DNA of 64,000 nt from Dongiaceae bacterium (GTDB lineage: Bacteria > Pseudomonadota > Alphaproteobacteria > Dongiales > Dongiaceae). Of the stretch, positions 30,173-40,187 are shown in pieces. The DNA is taken from assembly GCA_035548715.1 (NCBI GenBank), contig DASZSL010000045.1, forward strand, positions 1-64,000. Reading direction: 5' to 3'. Positions within the stretch are counted from its first letter, which is position 1; the number at the start of each line of letters is the position of its first letter. Under the pieces are notes generated by a model, which saw only the letters and a list, made by a program, of their open reading frames with translations, made no database searches and had not been told where the DNA came from. The position numbers and the translations under genes were made by a program.

Positions 30173-32019
30173 CAGAAGGCCTGCCCGATGCTGACATAGA
30201 AGGCGACCGGATCGTCGTCATGCCGCGGGTTGAGCGGCACCGCGATGTCGGCGCGGATCGGGCCGAACGAGGTGTAGTAGCGCAAGCCGAGGCCCACCGC
30301 ATAGCGGATCGGCTCGTCGAATTTCGGCGCTGCGCTGCGCGAGACCGTGCCGGCGTCGAAGAACGGCACCAGGCCGAAATCCTCCAGGAAGCGGTAGCGC
30401 AGCTCGATGCTGCCGGTGAGCGCCGAGCGACCGCCGGTCAGATCGCCGTTCGCATCCTCCGGGCTGATGGAGCGGAACTTGAAGCCGCGCACCGAGCCGC
30501 CGCCGCCGGCATAGAGCCGCCGGTCGGCCGGCAGGTCCTCGAGGCTGCTGCCGAACGCATTGGCGAAGCCGACGCGGCCGGCGAGCACCAGGTCGCCCTT
30601 GCCCGCGAGGTTGAGATAGCTGGAGACGTTGCTGTTGGTGGTGAAGACGTCGCGGCTGGAGCCGAACCAGGTCGGGAAGGCCTCCACGTTGAAGGAGGCG
30701 CGCACGCCCTTGGTGGGATTGAGCAGGTCGTCGGTGTCGTCGAAGGCGATCTTGCCGGTCGGGCCGTCGAGCAGGAAATCGTCGGTGCTGGAATGGTCGT
30801 CGATGCGCGCGGCCTCGGTCTCCCAGCCGGCGCCGACCCGCACCGCCTTGCCGAGCGTCCGCTCGACGCCGACGTTGAGCGTGACGGCGGTCTTGTCGAA
30901 AGTGTCGGGATCGTGCTCCTGGCCGACCACCAGGCTGCTGACGAAGTCCTGGCGGCGGGCGAGGAAGTCCGGCGCGGAGAAGTTGGCGGTGAGCGAATAG
31001 TCGGCGCCGTCCCATCCGTCCTCGGCGAGGCCGGAGAGGTCGCCCTCGATCTTCAGCCGCTCGCCGCCGCCGAACAGGTTGCGGTCGCCCCAGTAGACCG
31101 TGCCGCCGGCGCCGTCATTGGTCGAGTAGTTGGCGCCCAGCCCGACGAAGTGCCGTTCCTTCTCCACCACCTCGACCGTCACCGGCAGCCGGCCCTGCGC
31201 GTCGAGCGCGGCGGCCGGCGTCACCTTGACCGAGCTGAAGACGTCGAGCGACTGGAGGTCGCTGCGCAGGCCTTCGAGCGCAGCCGGCGAATACTTCGTA
31301 CCGGGCGGGAAGGTCGCACGCCCGGCGATGAAATCGCGGTCGGTCCAGTCGAGGCCCTTGACCGTCACCGGCCCGAGCGTCGCCGCCGGGCCGGGATCGA
31401 CGGCGAAGCTGATATCGAGCGCGTGCGCCGCGTGATCGACCACGGCGGGCTTGAGCTCGACCGCGGCGAAGGGATGGCCGGCCTGCATCAGCTGATCGAG
31501 GATGTCCCGGCGCGCGGCGACGATGTCGGCGGCGCGGGCCGGCGCGCCCTTCTCGATCTTGAGCGCCGGCCTGATCCCGCCGGCGCCGGTGATCGCGATG
31601 CTGCGGATCTTGTAGAGCGGGCCGGGGGTCACGGTGATGGCGACCGGCAGCTTCTTCTTCGCATCGTCCTCGTAGGCGGTGAGCGGCTGGCGGAGGTCGG
31701 CCGTGACTTCCTGGCCGTCGACCTTGATGTCCACCTTGCCGTCGTAGTAGCCGGAGGAGCGGAGCGCCTTCTGCAGCCGGTCGAGATCCTCGACGGCGCG
31801 GGCCCTGACGCCGGTCACGTCCTCGGGCGGCCGGTCCTGCAGCTCGATCAGGGTCGAGCTCGCCTCGACCGCGGCGCCGAGGCCGGAATCGGCGACCTTG
31901 TTCACGTCGACCTGGTAGCTCAGCGTCCCCGCCGCGCCGGCAGGCGGGGCGCCGAGCAGCGCGAGCGCGGCAAACGCCATCGCCAGCCGGCCGAGCCGTT
32001 CGCCGAAGGCGTTTCCCAT
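30172..32019 (-). CDS. tamA: Omp85-family autotransporter assembly factor TamA (POTRA domains plus Bac_surface_Ag barrel)
   Basis: Signal peptide, POTRA region, C-terminal barrel ending in ...YVSIGQAF (terminal aromatic). Confidence 0.85.
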   Translation of the reverse strand: MGNAFGERLGRLAMAFAALALLGAPPAGAAGTLSYQVDVNKVADSGLGAAVEASSTLIELQDRPPEDVTGVRARAVEDLDRLQKALRSSGYYDGKVDIKVDGQEVTADLRQPLTAYEDDAKKKLPVAITVTPGPLYKIRSIAITGAGGIRPALKIEKGAPARAADIVAARRDILDQLMQAGHPFAAVELKPAVVDHAAHALDISFAVDPGPAATLGPVTVKGLDWTDRDFIAGRATFPPGTKYSPAALEGLRSDLQSLDVFSSVKVTPAAALDAQGRLPVTVEVVEKERHFVGLGANYSTNDGAGGTVYWGDRNLFGGGERLKIEGDLSGLAEDGWDGADYSLTANFSAPDFLARRQDFVSSLVVGQEHDPDTFDKTAVTLNVGVERTLGKAVRVGAGWETEAARIDDHSSTDDFLLDGPTGKIAFDDTDDLLNPTKGVRASFNVEAFPTWFGSSRDVFTTNSNVSSYLNLAGKGDLVLAGRVGFANAFGSSLEDLPADRRLYAGGGGSVRGFKFRSISPEDANGDLTGGRSALTGSIELRYRFLEDFGLVPFFDAGTVSRSAAPKFDEPIRYAVGLGLRYYTSFGPIRADIAVPLNPRHDDDPVAFYVSIGQAF

Positions 32020-32099
32020 GCCGCGCCGTTCCCGCTCCCGAAACCTCTGATGAACAACGCGCCAACGTTAGCATTGTTTCGTCGCACGCCAAGGCGGCG

Positions 32100-32735
32100 T
32101 CAGGGCAGCAGGCCCGCGGCAAGCTGCGCCACCTGGGCGCGGAGCCGGCGCTTCTTGGCGGCATTGAGGAACCGGCGGGTGACCCCGTCGCCGGTCCGCC
32201 ATTCGACGATCCAGTGGAAGAAATAGGAGAAGTCGAGCGCGCCCAGCAGCTCGGCGGCGCTTTCGATATCCGCCGCCGGCGAGACCGAGCCGCGCTGCTG
32301 CAGGACCTTGAGCAGCCGGACGAACTGGTCGATCCGCATCAGCGCCGCGCCGCTCCAGGCCTCGGTCACGCCGGGCTGGCTCTGCAGCGCGGCGAGGAAC
32401 AGCGCCTCCCAGGCGCCGCGATCGACGAACGGCACCTCGGTCTCGAAATCGGTCTCGATCAGCTTGCAGATCGCCGCCACCGGATCCTTCGGCGGATTGG
32501 CGATCACCCGGTCGGTCGCCGCCTGCACCAGGTCGCGGTCGGCCTTGTAGATGGCGATGCAGATCTCGCCCTTGGTCTTGAAATAGTTATAGGCGGTCGC
32601 GACCGAGAGACCGGCGGCGGCGGCGATCTCCTCCATCGAGGTCCTGGCGAAACCCTGCTCCTTGAACAGGCGCGCGGCCGCGGACAGCATGGCCTGGCGG
32701 CGGGTTTCCTTCTGTTTCTCGCGCAGTCCGCTCAT
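32100..32735 (-). CDS. TetR/AcrR family transcriptional regulator
   Basis: HTH FKEQGFARTSMEEIAAAAGLSVATAYNYF. Confidence 0.85.
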   Translation of the reverse strand: MSGLREKQKETRRQAMLSAAARLFKEQGFARTSMEEIAAAAGLSVATAYNYFKTKGEICIAIYKADRDLVQAATDRVIANPPKDPVAAICKLIETDFETEVPFVDRGAWEALFLAALQSQPGVTEAWSGAALMRIDQFVRLLKVLQQRGSVSPAADIESAAELLGALDFSYFFHWIVEWRTGDGVTRRFLNAAKKRRLRAQVAQLAAGLLP

Positions 32736-32818
32736 GGCAAACCAGCCGGGGTGATTCCCAGATTGACTATAATTTTATAGTCGCTATAAGATTTGCCGGT
32801 CAAGACGGGAGGGCGATC

Positions 32819-34255
32819 ATGCAGAGCGGCAATCAGGTCTGGGCGGCCGATCTCGGCCAGGTGGATCCCAAGGACATCTGGCGCAAGGACCGCGACCATT
32901 TCGTCCATCCCTGGACCCATTTCGACTCCTTCAAGAAGGACGGCTCGCTGGTCATGGACCGGGCCGAGGGGGTCTATGTCACCGACATCTCCGGCAAGCG
33001 CTATCTCGACGGGATCGGCGGGCTGTGGTGCGTGAATGCCGGCTACGGCCGCCAGGAGATCGTGGACGCGATCGCCGCCCAGGCGACCCGGCTCGCCTTC
33101 TACAACCCCTTCGTCGACACGACCAACGTGCCGGCCGCCGAACTGGCGGCCAAGCTCGCGAGTCTGGCGCCGGGCGATCTCAACCATGTGTTCTATACCT
33201 GCGGCGGCTCGACCGCGAATGACAGCGCGGTCCGGATCGCGCATTATTACCACGCCCGCCGCGGCAAGACCTCCAAGAAGCACGTCATCAGCCGGATCGA
33301 CGCCTATCACGGCAGCACGTACCTGACCGGCTCGATCACCGGACGGCCGGGCGATCGCAGCCCGTATCTCCATTTCATCGACGACTGGATCCACCACGTC
33401 TCCTCGCCCAACTTCTACCGGGCGCACGAGAAGGGGCTCGGGCATCTCACGGAGGAGCAGTTCTGCGACTTCCTGGTGAAGGAGCTGGAGGACAAGATCC
33501 TGGCGCTCGGCGCCGACAACGTCGCCTGCTTCTTCGCCGAGCCGATCATGGGTGCCGGCGGCGTGATCGTGCCGCCCAAGGGCTATCACGCGCGGACGCT
33601 GGAAGTCTGCCGCCGGCACGACGTGCTCTACATCTCCGACGAGGTGGTGACGGCGTTCGGCCGGCTCGGGCATTTCTTCGCTTCCAAGGACGTGTTCGGG
33701 ATCGAGCCCGACATGATCGTGACGGCGAAGGGCCTGACCTCCGGCTACCTGCCGCTCGGCGCCTGCATCTTCTCGGACAAGATCTACGACGCGATGAGCG
33801 CGCCCGATCCCGACGGCTGGTTCACCAATGGCTTCACCTATTCGGGCCATCCGGTCGCCTGCGCGGCGGCCCTGGCGAACATCGCGATCATGGAGCGGGA
33901 CGACATCTGCGGCCATGTGCGCAAGATGGGTCCCTACCTGGAGAGGAAGCTGAACGAGCTGCTGGACCTCCCGATCGTCGGCCAGGTGCGCGGCAGCCAT
34001 TTCATGATGTGCGTCGAGAACGTCGCCGACAAGCAGACCCGGGAACACCTGCCCGACGCGGCCAATATCGGCAAGCGCATCTCCGACCATTGCGAGCGCC
34101 TGGGCCTGATCGTGCGGCCGCTCGGCGCCCTCAACGTGATCTCGCCGCCGCTGACCCTGACCGAGGCGCAGATCGACGAGCTGGTCGGCCTGCTGCGCAA
34201 GGGCATCGAGGCGGCGATGCAGGACCTGCGCCAGGAAGGCCTGCTGAAGGCGTAG
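32819..34255 (+). CDS. class III (omega) aminotransferase, aspartate aminotransferase family protein
   Basis: PLP-lysine region DMIVTAKGLTSGYLPLGA and YHGST/DEV motifs. Confidence 0.85.
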   Translation: MQSGNQVWAADLGQVDPKDIWRKDRDHFVHPWTHFDSFKKDGSLVMDRAEGVYVTDISGKRYLDGIGGLWCVNAGYGRQEIVDAIAAQATRLAFYNPFVDTTNVPAAELAAKLASLAPGDLNHVFYTCGGSTANDSAVRIAHYYHARRGKTSKKHVISRIDAYHGSTYLTGSITGRPGDRSPYLHFIDDWIHHVSSPNFYRAHEKGLGHLTEEQFCDFLVKELEDKILALGADNVACFFAEPIMGAGGVIVPPKGYHARTLEVCRRHDVLYISDEVVTAFGRLGHFFASKDVFGIEPDMIVTAKGLTSGYLPLGACIFSDKIYDAMSAPDPDGWFTNGFTYSGHPVACAAALANIAIMERDDICGHVRKMGPYLERKLNELLDLPIVGQVRGSHFMMCVENVADKQTREHLPDAANIGKRISDHCERLGLIVRPLGALNVISPPLTLTEAQIDELVGLLRKGIEAAMQDLRQEGLLKA

Positions 34256-34272
34256 GGCGACGCCTTCCCGCG

Positions 34273-34806
34273 TCAGCCGTCATCTTCGTCGCCCTCGAGC
34301 GCCCGCCGCGCGATGTCGAGCGCGAAGCCGGCGCGGGCCATGGCGGCGAGGTCCTTGCGCCGGCGTTCCGGCGAGTCATCCGGCTTCGCGCGAAACGCGC
34401 CGAGCCGTCGGCGTCCGGCATAAGCCAGCGCGGCGGCGAGCTCGGCGTCCGGCGTCTCCTCCTCCAGGCGCTCGATCGCCTTCGCGCGCTCGGTCGCCGC
34501 GACGCCCGACGCGGCAAGCCCGGCCGCGATCCGGCGGCGGGAGCCGCCGCGGCGGTTGAGGCTGCGCGCCTTCATCTCGGCAAAGGCGGTGTCGTTCAAG
34601 AGGCCGCTGCGCGTCAGGCGCGCGATCACCTGCTCCAGCTCGGCGAGCAGCGGCGCCGGGTCCATCTCATGCGCCTCGGCCGAGCGGCGGATCCGCCGCG
34701 TCAGCACCTGGCGCAGCCGCCGGGTCGAGGCGGCATAGCGGCCGAGATAGTCCAGCGCGCGATCCTGCAGGTCGGCGGCGGCGAGCTTGCGGGGTTTACG
34801 CGCCAT
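34273..34806 (-). CDS. recX: recombination regulator RecX
   Basis: RecX three-repeat helical architecture (ALDYLGRYAASTRRLRQ...); not adjacent to recA in this window. Confidence 0.75.
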   Translation of the reverse strand: MARKPRKLAAADLQDRALDYLGRYAASTRRLRQVLTRRIRRSAEAHEMDPAPLLAELEQVIARLTRSGLLNDTAFAEMKARSLNRRGGSRRRIAAGLAASGVAATERAKAIERLEEETPDAELAAALAYAGRRRLGAFRAKPDDSPERRRKDLAAMARAGFALDIARRALEGDEDDG

Positions 34807-35322
34807 ATCGCCTTATCGCAGCCGGGTGCCGGGAATTGAAGCGGGATCGCGCCGGATCGTCGATGCAGGAAGTTCGGCCCCTCGGCTGCCATCAACGCCG
34901 CGAGGGCGCGATCCGGCGGCTTTTACGGCTTTCGCCGTTTCCCAGGGTCGTAAAAGCGAGTCAACCGACTGATCCGAGACGCTTAAATGCCGCCACGGGC
35001 GGATCGAGCGGTTTTTCGTTCGGTAAAAGCCCTGTCAAAGCATGAGCGCGTTGCGGTGCCTCGCATCGGCGGCGCGAAACGCGCCTGGATGCGCCATGGC
35101 CCCGCCCCCGCCGGATGCAGCATGCGGCGGCGTTGATGGCGAGGCTGGCGGGAAAGCTCTTGTAGCATGTCCAACGGCGATAGGCAACGCCCTATCGCGC
35201 TCTGCCGCGCCGGTTGCCACGGCCGGCGGCGGCGTATAGCGTCCGCACCACTCGTTGCCGGCCCCCGTTCTCCCCAGCCCCGGTCTTCCCAGCCCCCGTC
35301 TTCCCCAACCCCCCGCCCCGCC

Positions 35323-36117
35323 ATGATTCCCCTCGCCTCGCGCCGCTACGGCGCCGTCAACTGGATCGGCCTCGGCACCCTCTACGGCAAGGAGGTGCGG
35401 CGGTTCTGGACCGTCGCCACCCAGACCGTGCTGGCGCCGCTGGTGACCGGCCTGCTGTTCCTCGCGATCTTCGTGCTCGCGCTCGGGCACCGCATCGACA
35501 CGGTCGACGGCCAGAGCTACGTCGATTTCCTGGTGCCCGGCCTCATCATGATGACGATCGCGCAGAACGCCTTCGCCAACACCTCGTCCTCGCTGATGAT
35601 CGCCAAGGTCCAGGGCAACATCGTCGACCTGCTGATGCCGCCGCTCAACGCCGTCGAGCTCACCATCGGCGTCGCCGGGGGCGGCGTCACCCGCGGCGTG
35701 GTCGTGGGACTGACCACCGGCCTGGCGATGTTCGCCTTCGTGCATTTCGGCATCGCCCATCCGGCCTTCGTCGTCTTCCACGCGGTGGCCGCCAGCCTGC
35801 TGATGGCGCTGCTCGGCATGCTGACCGGGATCTGGGCCGAGAAGTTCGACCATCTGGCGGCGATCACCAACTTCATCGTGACCCCGCTCTCCTTCCTGTC
35901 GGGCACGTTCTACTCGACCACCCGGCTGCCGGAGCTCTGGCAGCACATCGCGCATCTCAATCCGTTCTTCTACATGATCGACGGCTTCCGCTACGGCTTC
36001 ATCGGCCATGCCGACGCGCCGCCCGAGACCGGCCTGCTGGTGATGCTGGGCGTCGATGCGGTGCTGCTGCTGGTGGTGCATTCCTGGTTCCGCCGCGGCT
36101 ACCGGCTGAAGGCCTGA
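35323..36117 (+). CDS. ABC-2 type transporter permease
   Basis: 6-TM ABC-2 permease; no cognate ATPase adjacent. Confidence 0.75.
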   Translation: MIPLASRRYGAVNWIGLGTLYGKEVRRFWTVATQTVLAPLVTGLLFLAIFVLALGHRIDTVDGQSYVDFLVPGLIMMTIAQNAFANTSSSLMIAKVQGNIVDLLMPPLNAVELTIGVAGGGVTRGVVVGLTTGLAMFAFVHFGIAHPAFVVFHAVAASLLMALLGMLTGIWAEKFDHLAAITNFIVTPLSFLSGTFYSTTRLPELWQHIAHLNPFFYMIDGFRYGFIGHADAPPETGLLVMLGVDAVLLLVVHSWFRRGYRLKA

Positions 36118-36136
36118 GCGGCGGCCCGTTGCGACC

Positions 36137-36934
36137 ATGGGCATGACGACGGGACGCCTCGGCATCCGGCGCTTCGGCGCGGTCAACGGGCTGGGCCTTG
36201 CCACCCTGGTGAAGCGCGAGACCAGCCGCGGCCTCTCCGACTACAACTATCACCTCCTTGGCCCGGTGGTGACGTCCCTGCTCTACCTCGTGGTCTTCCG
36301 CCTGGCGCTGCACGGCAATGACGGCGGCAAGTCGATCATCGACTTCATGACGCCCGGTCTCATCATCTACGCGGCCTGCGAGAAGGCCTACGAATCCGCG
36401 GCCGGCAGCTTCATCTTCGACAAGCACGAACGGATCATCGCCGACATGCTGATGGCGCCGCTCACGGCATTGGAGCGCCTGCTCGGCTATGTCGGCGCGG
36501 ACTGCCTGGGCGGACTGGTGGTCGGCGTCGCGGTCGCCATAGCCTGCTTCGCGTTCGCCGGCCTGGGCGCGGCGCATCCCTGGGCGATCGCGGCGTTCGG
36601 CCTGCTCGGCATGGCGCTCTATTCGCTGATCGGCGTGCTGGTCGGGATCTGGGCGGAGAAGTGGGACCATTACTCCGCCATGCACACCTTCGTGCTGGTG
36701 CCGTTCTCCTATCTCTCGGGCGTGTTCTTCCCGATCGACGTGCTGTCACCGCCGCTCCAGGCGCTGATGCACTTCAACCCGCTGTTCCACGTGATCGACG
36801 GCTTCCGCTACGGCATGACCGGGCAGACTTCCGGCGACCCGCTGGTGCACGTCGCCGTGCTGGTCGGGGTCAATCTGGTGCTGGGCGGGTGGGCCTACCG
36901 CTGGTTCCGCTCGGGCTACAAGCTAAAGCCCTGA
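36137..36934 (+). CDS. ABC-2 type transporter permease (paralog of the upstream gene)
   Basis: Same fold, shared motifs (FNP.F..IDGFRYG). Confidence 0.75.
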   Translation: MGMTTGRLGIRRFGAVNGLGLATLVKRETSRGLSDYNYHLLGPVVTSLLYLVVFRLALHGNDGGKSIIDFMTPGLIIYAACEKAYESAAGSFIFDKHERIIADMLMAPLTALERLLGYVGADCLGGLVVGVAVAIACFAFAGLGAAHPWAIAAFGLLGMALYSLIGVLVGIWAEKWDHYSAMHTFVLVPFSYLSGVFFPIDVLSPPLQALMHFNPLFHVIDGFRYGMTGQTSGDPLVHVAVLVGVNLVLGGWAYRWFRSGYKLKP

Positions 36935-37035
36935 TGTAAGGGGACAATCCCGGGCTTTACATTCCCCGGGCGCAACCCGATATTCGGCGTCCTTCACGGA
37001 GGTTTGGGGCACCGCGTTTGGGGTTCCCCCACCAA

Positions 37036-37058
37036 CCTCCCCCTATGGAAGGGGGAGG
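37036..37058 (+). other. perfect 8-bp GC stem-loop (CCTCCCCC-N7-GGGGGAGG) followed by CUAUGCUUUU
   Basis: Direct reading; lies between the permease stop and the argD start and carries a GGAGG motif in its 3-prime arm. Confidence 0.5.
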
Positions 37059-37078
37059 CTATGCTTTTAGGAACCGTC

Positions 37079-38254
37079 ATGACCGCGTTGATGAACACCT
37101 ATAATCGGGTCGATCTCACCATCGAGCGGGGCGAGGGCGCCACGCTGATCACCACCGACGGGCGACGATTCCTGGATTTCACCAGCGGCATCGCGGTGAC
37201 GGCGCTCGGCCACTGCCACCCGCACCTGGTGCAGGCGCTGAAGGAGCAGGCCGACAAGGTCTGGCATTGCTCGAACCTGTTCAGGATCCCCGGGCAGGAG
37301 CGCCTGGCGCAGCGGCTGGTCGATGCCTCCTTCGCCGATGCGGTGTTCTTCGGCAATTCCGGCGCCGAGGCGATCGAATGCGGGCTGAAGCTGATCCGCA
37401 AGTGGCAGGACGATTTCGGCGATCCGAAGCGCTACCGCGTCATCACCTTCGAGGGCGCGTTCCACGGCCGGACGCTGGCGACGCTGGCCGCCGCCAACAA
37501 CGAGAAGTACCTGAAGGGCTACGCGCCCAATGTCGACGGCTTCGACCAGGTGCCGTTCGGCAACCTGAACGAGGTGCGCGCCAAGATCGGCCCGGAGACG
37601 GCGGCGATCCTGATCGAGCCGGTGCAGGGCGAAGGCGGCATGCGCGCCGCCGACGTCGAGTTCCTCAAGGGCCTGCGCGCCGCCTGCGACGAATACGGCC
37701 TGCTGCTGATGTTCGACGAGGTGCAATGCGGCATGGGCCGCACCGGCCGCCTGTTCGCCCATGAATGGGCCGGGGTGAAGCCGGACATCGTCTCGACCGC
37801 CAAGGCGATCGGTGGCGGCTTCCCGCTCGGCGCCTGCCTCGCGACCGAGAAGGTGGCGGCGGCCTTCGGCCATGGCAGCCACGGCACGACCTTCGGCGGC
37901 AACCCGCTGGCGATGGCGGTCGGCAACGCGGTGCTGGACGTCATGCTGGCGCCGGGCTTCCTGGACAACGTGGCCAGGATGGGACGGCTGCTCGAGCGGC
38001 ATCTCGACGCGCTGCTGAAGCAGTTCCCGACCGTCTTCACCGAGTCGCGCGGCCTCGGCCTGATCCGCGGGCTGAAATGCGCCGGCTCCAATTCCGCCAT
38101 CGTCGACCGGGCGCGGGCCGGCGGGCTGCTGATCCTCACCGCCGCCGACAACGTGGTGCGCCTGCTGCCGCCGCTGATCGTGACCGAGGCCGAGATCGAA
38201 CGCGCCATGGGCGTCCTGACCGAGGCCGCGGCGTCGCAGGCGAAGGCGGCCTGA
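37079..38254 (+). CDS. argD: acetylornithine aminotransferase
   Basis: Class III aminotransferase, [22 protein letters not shown] motifs; adjacent to argF; alternative start at 37061. Confidence 0.9.
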   Translation: MTALMNTYNRVDLTIERGEGATLITTDGRRFLDFTSGIAVTALGHCHPHLVQALKEQADKVWHCSNLFRIPGQERLAQRLVDASFADAVFFGNSGAEAIECGLKLIRKWQDDFGDPKRYRVITFEGAFHGRTLATLAAANNEKYLKGYAPNVDGFDQVPFGNLNEVRAKIGPETAAILIEPVQGEGGMRAADVEFLKGLRAACDEYGLLLMFDEVQCGMGRTGRLFAHEWAGVKPDIVSTAKAIGGGFPLGACLATEKVAAAFGHGSHGTTFGGNPLAMAVGNAVLDVMLAPGFLDNVARMGRLLERHLDALLKQFPTVFTESRGLGLIRGLKCAGSNSAIVDRARAGGLLILTAADNVVRLLPPLIVTEAEIERAMGVLTEAAASQAKAA

Positions 38255-38256
38255 TC

Positions 38257-39189
38257 GTGACGGCGACCAGAGCCGGCGAGATCCGGCACTTCCTCGATCT
38301 CGACGTGCTGCCGACCGAGGTGCTGCGCAGGATCATCGAGGCAAGCAAGGCCCTGAAGCGCGGCGAGTTCCCGAACGGCGACAAGAAGCCGCTGGCGGAC
38401 AAGGCGCTGGCCATGATCTTCGAGAAGCCCTCGACCCGCACCCGCGTCTCCTTCGAGCTCGGCATGAAGAAGCTGGGCGGCGACGCGGTGGTGCTGGAGC
38501 GCGAGAGCTCGCAGCTCGGGCGCGGCGAGACCGTGGCCGACACGGCACGGGTGCTCTCCCGCTACGTCGACTGCATCATGGTCCGGACCACGAAAGAGCA
38601 GAAGCTGAAGGAACTGGCGGAGAATGCCAGCGTTCCGGTGATCAATGGATTGACCGACCGCACCCATCCCTGCCAGCTGATGGCCGACGTCATGACCTTC
38701 GAGGAGCATCGCGGACCGATCGCCGGCAAGCGCATCACCTGGTCGGGCGACGGCAACAACATGGCGACCTCGTGGATCCACGCCGCCGTGCAGTTCGGCT
38801 TCGAATTGAACGTCGCCTGCCCGGGGAACCTGGCGCCGCCGGCGGACGTCGTGCGCTGGGCCGAGCAGAAGGGCGGCAAGGTCAGGATCTCCAGCGATCC
38901 CAAGTCGGCGGTGAAGGGCGCCGATTGCGTGGTCACCGATACCTGGGTCTCGATGGGCGACCAGGACACGCTGGACCGCACCGAGCAGCTCCGCCGCTTC
39001 CAGGTGGACGACAAGCTGATGGCGGCGGCCAATCCGGGGGCGATCTTCATGCATTGCCTGCCGGCCCATCGCGGCGACGAGATGACCGCCTCGGTGATCG
39101 ACGGGCCGCAATCCGTCGTGTGGGACGAGGCCGAGAACCGGCTGCACGCGCAGCAGGGCATTCTGCTCTGGTGCCTCGGCATCATCTGA
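38257..39189 (+). CDS. argF: ornithine carbamoyltransferase (GTG start)
   Basis: STRTR carbamoyl-phosphate motif, HPCQ, HCLP motifs. Confidence 0.9.
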   Translation: MTATRAGEIRHFLDLDVLPTEVLRRIIEASKALKRGEFPNGDKKPLADKALAMIFEKPSTRTRVSFELGMKKLGGDAVVLERESSQLGRGETVADTARVLSRYVDCIMVRTTKEQKLKELAENASVPVINGLTDRTHPCQLMADVMTFEEHRGPIAGKRITWSGDGNNMATSWIHAAVQFGFELNVACPGNLAPPADVVRWAEQKGGKVRISSDPKSAVKGADCVVTDTWVSMGDQDTLDRTEQLRRFQVDDKLMAAANPGAIFMHCLPAHRGDEMTASVIDGPQSVVWDEAENRLHAQQGILLWCLGII

Positions 39190-39196
39190 CGGCATA

Positions 39197-40126
39197 ATGG
39201 CCCCAATGGACGCCGAACTCGCGCCGCAATCGGGCGCCGACTACATCCGCCCGTTCCAGATCGAGGGCCTCGGCATACGCGGCCGCGCCGTCCGGCTCTC
39301 CGCGGTCGCCGACGAGATCATCCACAAGCACGCCTATCCGGCGCCGGTCGCGCACCTGCTGGCCGAGATGCTGACCCTTTCCGCCGCCCTGGCCTCGGCG
39401 CTGAAATACGAGGGCGTCTTCACCCTGCAGACCAAGAGCGACGGGGCGGTGAAGCTGATGGTGGTGGACGTCACCTCGGCCGGGGCGATGCGCGGCTACG
39501 CGCAGTTCGACGCGGCGGCGGTCGCGGCGCTGCCGGCGGATGCCAGCCTGCCGCGGCTCCTCGGGGCCGGCTATCTCGCCTTCACCGTCGACCAGGGCGA
39601 GGACACCGACCGCTACCAGGGCATCGTCGAGCTGACCGGCGCCGACCTGGTGGAATGCGTGCAGCACTATTTCCAGCAGTCGGAGCAGTTGAAGGCCGGG
39701 TTCAAGCTGGCCGCATCGTCGCCGCGCGGGCATTGGCGGACCGGCGTGATCATGCTGCAGCGCCTGCCCGCCGACGAGAACCCGATCGCGGCCGAGGAGG
39801 CGGACGAGGGCTGGCATCACGCGATGACCCTGCTCGCGAGCTGCACCTCGAAGGAGTTGCTCGACCCGGAGCTGCCGATCGACGACCTGCTCTACCGCCT
39901 GTTCCACGAGGACGGCGTGCGGGTGTTCAAGGGCCAGACCCCGCGGGCGCAATGCCGCTGCTCGCGCCAGCGGGTGGAATCGGTGCTGAAGTCGCTGCCG
40001 CGGGACGAGCTCAAGGAGCTCGAGGTCGACGGCGCGCTCGAAGTGACCTGCGAGTTCTGCAACAGCAAGTACCGCTTCACGCTCGGCGAGCTGGCGCAGG
40101 AAGGCGACGGCGACGCGACGGCTTGA
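39197..40126 (+). CDS. hslO: Hsp33 family redox-regulated chaperone
   Basis: C-terminal CRCSRQR...CEFCNSKY zinc cysteine cluster. Confidence 0.9.
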   Translation: MAPMDAELAPQSGADYIRPFQIEGLGIRGRAVRLSAVADEIIHKHAYPAPVAHLLAEMLTLSAALASALKYEGVFTLQTKSDGAVKLMVVDVTSAGAMRGYAQFDAAAVAALPADASLPRLLGAGYLAFTVDQGEDTDRYQGIVELTGADLVECVQHYFQQSEQLKAGFKLAASSPRGHWRTGVIMLQRLPADENPIAAEEADEGWHHAMTLLASCTSKELLDPELPIDDLLYRLFHEDGVRVFKGQTPRAQCRCSRQRVESVLKSLPRDELKELEVDGALEVTCEFCNSKYRFTLGELAQEGDGDATA

Positions 40127-40187
40127 CCGGCACGCTGCTTCTGCCGCAGCTTGCAGTGGCCCGTCGACTCGACTGCCGGACGACCCG

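Noticed and set aside
34983-35324. 113-aa minus-strand ORF in the recX-permease gap
   Set aside because: It has no RBS or family signal, a Gly/Arg/Trp-rich composition, and lies in a region better explained as a structured non-coding leader.
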